64,000 nucleotides of DNA, taken from assembly GCA_005880615.1 (NCBI GenBank), contig VBID01000116.1, positions 1,494 through 65,493 of the forward strand, written 5' to 3'. Shown here one piece after another: positions 61,068 to 64,000 of the stretch; the stretch's first letter is position 1; every line of letters starts with the position of its first letter. This DNA is from Chloroflexota bacterium (GTDB lineage Bacteria > Chloroflexota > Dormibacteria > CF-121). The notes under the pieces were generated by a model that was not told the origin of the DNA, searched no databases, and saw nothing but the letters and a program-made list of their open reading frames with translations. The position numbers were made by a program, and so were the translations under genes.

Positions 61068-62291
61068 ATGAGTCCGGCCGTTGACGTCGTTATTGTCGGC
61101 GCCGGACAGGCCGGGCTGTCGCTCAGCCACGAGCTCGCCGCCGCCGGCGTAGACCACATCGTTCTCGAGCGGGGCCGGGTGGGCGAGACCTGGCGCGGGC
61201 GCTGGGACAGCTTCTGCCTGGTCATTCCCAATTGGACGGTCCAGCTGCCGGGCGGCCGCTATCGCGGAGACGATCCCGACGGATTCATGCCCAAGAGCGA
61301 GATTGTCCGCCACTTGGTCGGGTACGCGGAAAGTTTCAACGCGCCGGTGCGTGAGGGCGTGAGGGTGACCAGCCTGGAGCCAGGCGACCACGGCGCGTTT
61401 CTCCTCAGAACGTCCGCAGGTGAGATTCGCGCGAAGGAGGTCGTGCTCGCGTCGGGCGGATACCAGAAACCGCACCGGCCACCGGCGGCCGCTCAGCTCC
61501 CCGCCGCAATCCACGCCATCGACGCCGAGGCCTACGCCAACCCAACTGCGCTGCCGCCCGGGAAGGTCCTCGTGGTCGGCAGCGGTCAGACGGGGTGCCA
61601 GCTGGCCGAAGAGATCTTCGAGGCCGGCCGGGAGGTGGCCCTGGCATGCGGGCGTGCCCCCTGGATTCCACGTCGACTCGAGGGCCGCGACACCATCGCG
61701 TGGATCAACGACACGCGGTTCTTCGACGTCAAGCCGGCCGATCTGCCCAGCCCAAAGTCGCGACTCCTCGCCAATCCCCAGACCAGCGGCCGCCTGGGAG
61801 GTCACGAGTTGCACTACCGAACCTTGCAAGCCCAGGGCGTGCGGCTGCTGGGCCATTTCCTCGGCGTGGCAGACGGCCGGGCTCATTTCGCGCGCGACCT
61901 GGCGGACTCGGTGGCCTTTGGCGACGCTCGCTACGCCGAGATCTGCGAGCTGATCCGCAAGAGCTGCGCCGAGCGAGCAACCCGACCACCCGAGATGGCC
62001 CCCCCGCCGCCGTTTAATGCCGACGCTCGGGAGACCCTGGACCTCAGCGGCTTCGGCACGGTCATCTTCACGTCGGGTTTCCGCCCTGACTACGCGAGCT
62101 GGGTCAGGTTCCCTGACGCGTTCGACGACATGGGCTTTCCGATCCAGCAGGATGGCTCCAGCACACTGGTCCGTGGACTGCATTTCATGGGAGTGCATTT
62201 CCAGCGCAAGCGTAAGTCCGCCACGCTTCTCGGGGTGGCCGAGGACGCCACCGTCCTGGCCGGGACCATTTCAGCGGCCGTTCGCCTGTAG
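61068..62291 (+). CDS. FAD/NAD(P)-binding oxidoreductase, flavin-containing monooxygenase-like (COG2072/CzcO family)
   Basis: VVIVGAGQAGLSLSHEL dinucleotide-binding motif and a second GSGQTG motif. 407 aa. Confidence 0.8.
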   Translation: MSPAVDVVIVGAGQAGLSLSHELAAAGVDHIVLERGRVGETWRGRWDSFCLVIPNWTVQLPGGRYRGDDPDGFMPKSEIVRHLVGYAESFNAPVREGVRVTSLEPGDHGAFLLRTSAGEIRAKEVVLASGGYQKPHRPPAAAQLPAAIHAIDAEAYANPTALPPGKVLVVGSGQTGCQLAEEIFEAGREVALACGRAPWIPRRLEGRDTIAWINDTRFFDVKPADLPSPKSRLLANPQTSGRLGGHELHYRTLQAQGVRLLGHFLGVADGRAHFARDLADSVAFGDARYAEICELIRKSCAERATRPPEMAPPPPFNADARETLDLSGFGTVIFTSGFRPDYASWVRFPDAFDDMGFPIQQDGSSTLVRGLHFMGVHFQRKRKSATLLGVAEDATVLAGTISAAVRL

Positions 62292-62428
62292 GAGTCGACC
62301 GAAGTCACGCGAGAGATACGGCATGTCACGGCGCTGCAACGTCGCATCTCAGCCCTGCTGACTCCCGCATATTCGCGGTGAGTTGTACGACGCAGTGTTG
62401 GGAGCCATGAACCGGCCAGAGATCACCT

Positions 62429-63535
62429 GTGAGCAATGAAGCCGATCGCCTGTTTGCCCTTTCGATCGACATGCTCTGCATCGCGGGCTTCGACGGCTAC
62501 TTCAAGAAACTGAACCCCGCCTGGAGCCAGGCCCTCGGCTTCACCAGCGAGGAACTGACGGCCCGGCCGTATCTCGACTTTGTCCATCCAGAGGACCGGG
62601 CGGCGACCATCGCGGAAGCCACGAAGCTCTCCGGCGGCATCGACACGATCCATTTCGAGAACCGCTACGGATGCAAGGACGGATCGTACAAGTGGCTGGC
62701 CTGGACGGCCAAGCAGTCGGTGCCCGAGCAGCTGATCTTCGCCATCGCCCGAGACATGACCGCCCAGAAGCACGCGGAGGACGAGATCAACCGTCTGAAC
62801 GTGGCCCTGGCGGAGCGGCTGGCCGAGCTCGAGGCGAGCAACAAGGGCCTCGAAGCCTTTTCCTACAGCGTCTCCCACGATCTGCGCGCCCCGTTGCGTT
62901 CGATCGACGGCTTCGTGCGCATTTTGGTCGATGAGCACGCGCCGCAGCTGGACCCAGGGGCCCGGCGATACCTGGAGATCATTGCGGGCAGCGCCCGCAC
63001 CATGGGTCTCCTGATCGACGACCTGCTCAAGTTCTCGAGGCTTGGGCGGCAGCCTCTGCGCAAGGTCGCGATTGATACGACCGAGCTGGTACGCCGCATC
63101 CTTCGCCAACAACTGGGCGCGATCGAGCCTCGTCGCGTCGAAGTTCGTCTGGATGAGCTGCCCGGATGCCAGGGGGACGAGAGTCTTCTGGAGCATGTTT
63201 TTACGAATCTGATCGGCAACGCGACCAAGTACACGCGGCGAGTCGAGGTGGCACGCATCGAAATCGGCTGCCAGTCGAATGATCAGGGTGAGCTCGTCTA
63301 TTACGTCAAGGACAACGGCGCGGGTTTTGACATGCGGTACGTCGACAAACTGTTCGGTGTCTTCCAGCGCCTCCATCGGGCGGACGAGTTTGAAGGGACC
63401 GGGGTCGGCTTGGCCCTGGCTCAGCAGATCATCAACCGGCACGGCGGACGGATCTGGGCCGAGGCCGCGGTCGGAAAGGGAGCCACGTTCTTCTTCACCC
63501 TCTTCGGGAGCAGTCGGCCGGCGATGGCGGCCTGA
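62429..63535 (+). CDS. Sensor histidine kinase with N-terminal PAS domain (cytoplasmic)
   Basis: PAS block (YKWLAWTAKQ...IARDMT). HisKA H-box SHDLRAPL. HATPase N, G1 (DNGAGFD) and G2 (GTGVGL) boxes. Confidence 0.85.
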   Translation: MSNEADRLFALSIDMLCIAGFDGYFKKLNPAWSQALGFTSEELTARPYLDFVHPEDRAATIAEATKLSGGIDTIHFENRYGCKDGSYKWLAWTAKQSVPEQLIFAIARDMTAQKHAEDEINRLNVALAERLAELEASNKGLEAFSYSVSHDLRAPLRSIDGFVRILVDEHAPQLDPGARRYLEIIAGSARTMGLLIDDLLKFSRLGRQPLRKVAIDTTELVRRILRQQLGAIEPRRVEVRLDELPGCQGDESLLEHVFTNLIGNATKYTRRVEVARIEIGCQSNDQGELVYYVKDNGAGFDMRYVDKLFGVFQRLHRADEFEGTGVGLALAQQIINRHGGRIWAEAAVGKGATFFFTLFGSSRPAMAA

Positions 63536-63673
63536 CGTTCGGATGCCCGACCACATGCTCTGAGCCATCGCCTTCGGAACCCGAACCGGGCTCGCTTCCC
63601 CTACGCTGTCCGGCGTGACGCATGGCGCCGCCGACCGAAAGCAAGGATCATTCGGGCGCTCCGTCGAGCCTTG

Positions 63674-64000
63674 ATGAGAGCGCCCGCCTGGCCGATCCTC
63701 AGGCGAGCGGTCACGGCGAGGGCCCACTCGGGAGGGGTCCGGCTATTTGGGCTCAGCTTCTGCATGCTCTTCCTGGAGCTCGCCCTCATTCGGTGGACGG
63801 GCTCCAACGTTCTCTACCTGTCCTATTTCTCCAACTTCATCTTGCTGGCAAGCTTCCTCGGGATCGGCGTCGGGTTCCTGAGAGCCAATGCCCGCCACGA
63901 CCTGTTTCGCTTCGCGCCCATCGGCTTGGCGGCGCTGGTCGCCTTCGTCCGGGTGTTTCCGGTCGAGATCGATCGAGCCGGCACCGAGCTCATCTTCTTC
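63674..64000 (+). CDS. Hypothetical polytopic membrane protein, N-terminal part (runs off the window end)
   Basis: Open frame from ATG ~63674 (MRAPAWPILRR...LFGLSFCMLFLELALIRWTGSNVLYLSYFSNFILLASFLGIGVGFL...) with several hydrophobic helices. No stop within the window. Confidence 0.4.
   Translation, partial: MRAPAWPILRRAVTARAHSGGVRLFGLSFCMLFLELALIRWTGSNVLYLSYFSNFILLASFLGIGVGFLRANARHDLFRFAPIGLAALVAFVRVFPVEIDRAGTELIFF

Overview
The window is a ~68% GC, gene-dense bacterial chromosomal segment. The gene content (ECF-type transporters, DUF3048/YerB-like proteins, HspR-like MerR regulators, an LAxTG sorting signal, SigR/RsrA-like ZAS pairs) suggests a high-GC Gram-positive-like lineage, Actinomycetota- or Chloroflexota-like, but the lineage is not established. 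I annotate about 75 protein-coding genes, two tRNAs (tRNA-Glu(CTC) on the minus strand, tRNA-Gln(CTG) on the plus strand) and one cobalamin riboswitch. The first third is housekeeping and redox genes: prephenate dehydratase (partial), acyl-CoA dehydrogenase, glycerophosphodiester phosphodiesterase, patatin, ThiO-like oxidase, and an operon ECF-sigma / ZAS anti-sigma / CcdA-TlpA / ABC exporter / ThrC-like enzyme. A riboswitch-controlled ECF-type B12-uptake-like operon follows. The middle is an accessory region around tRNA-Glu. It holds four degenerate copies of the tRNA 3' end that delimit cassette-sized single-gene modules, plus an excisionase-like HTH gene; no integrase is present in the window. 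The last third is a stress-type cluster: OtsA, FtsH, two YtxH-like genes, a CsbD-like peptide and a class-A PBP. It contains five paralogous HspR-like MerR regulators, two of them in operons with orphan receiver (REC) proteins. Two dispersed repeat families are recognisable. One is a ~40-bp REP-like palindrome (CCCTCCCC..GCAA..GGGGGAGGGAGA), seven copies, all in one orientation. The other is a ~180-bp MITE-like element with AGCCCGAATCC terminal inverted repeats that can carry an internal 130-bp tandem expansion. It has four full copies plus short remnants, and its termini repeatedly supply the stop codons of flanking genes. Many long ORFs in the six-frame track are antisense or wrong-frame artefacts of the high GC content and were rejected. 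All coordinates derived by hand-counting may be off by 1-3 nt.
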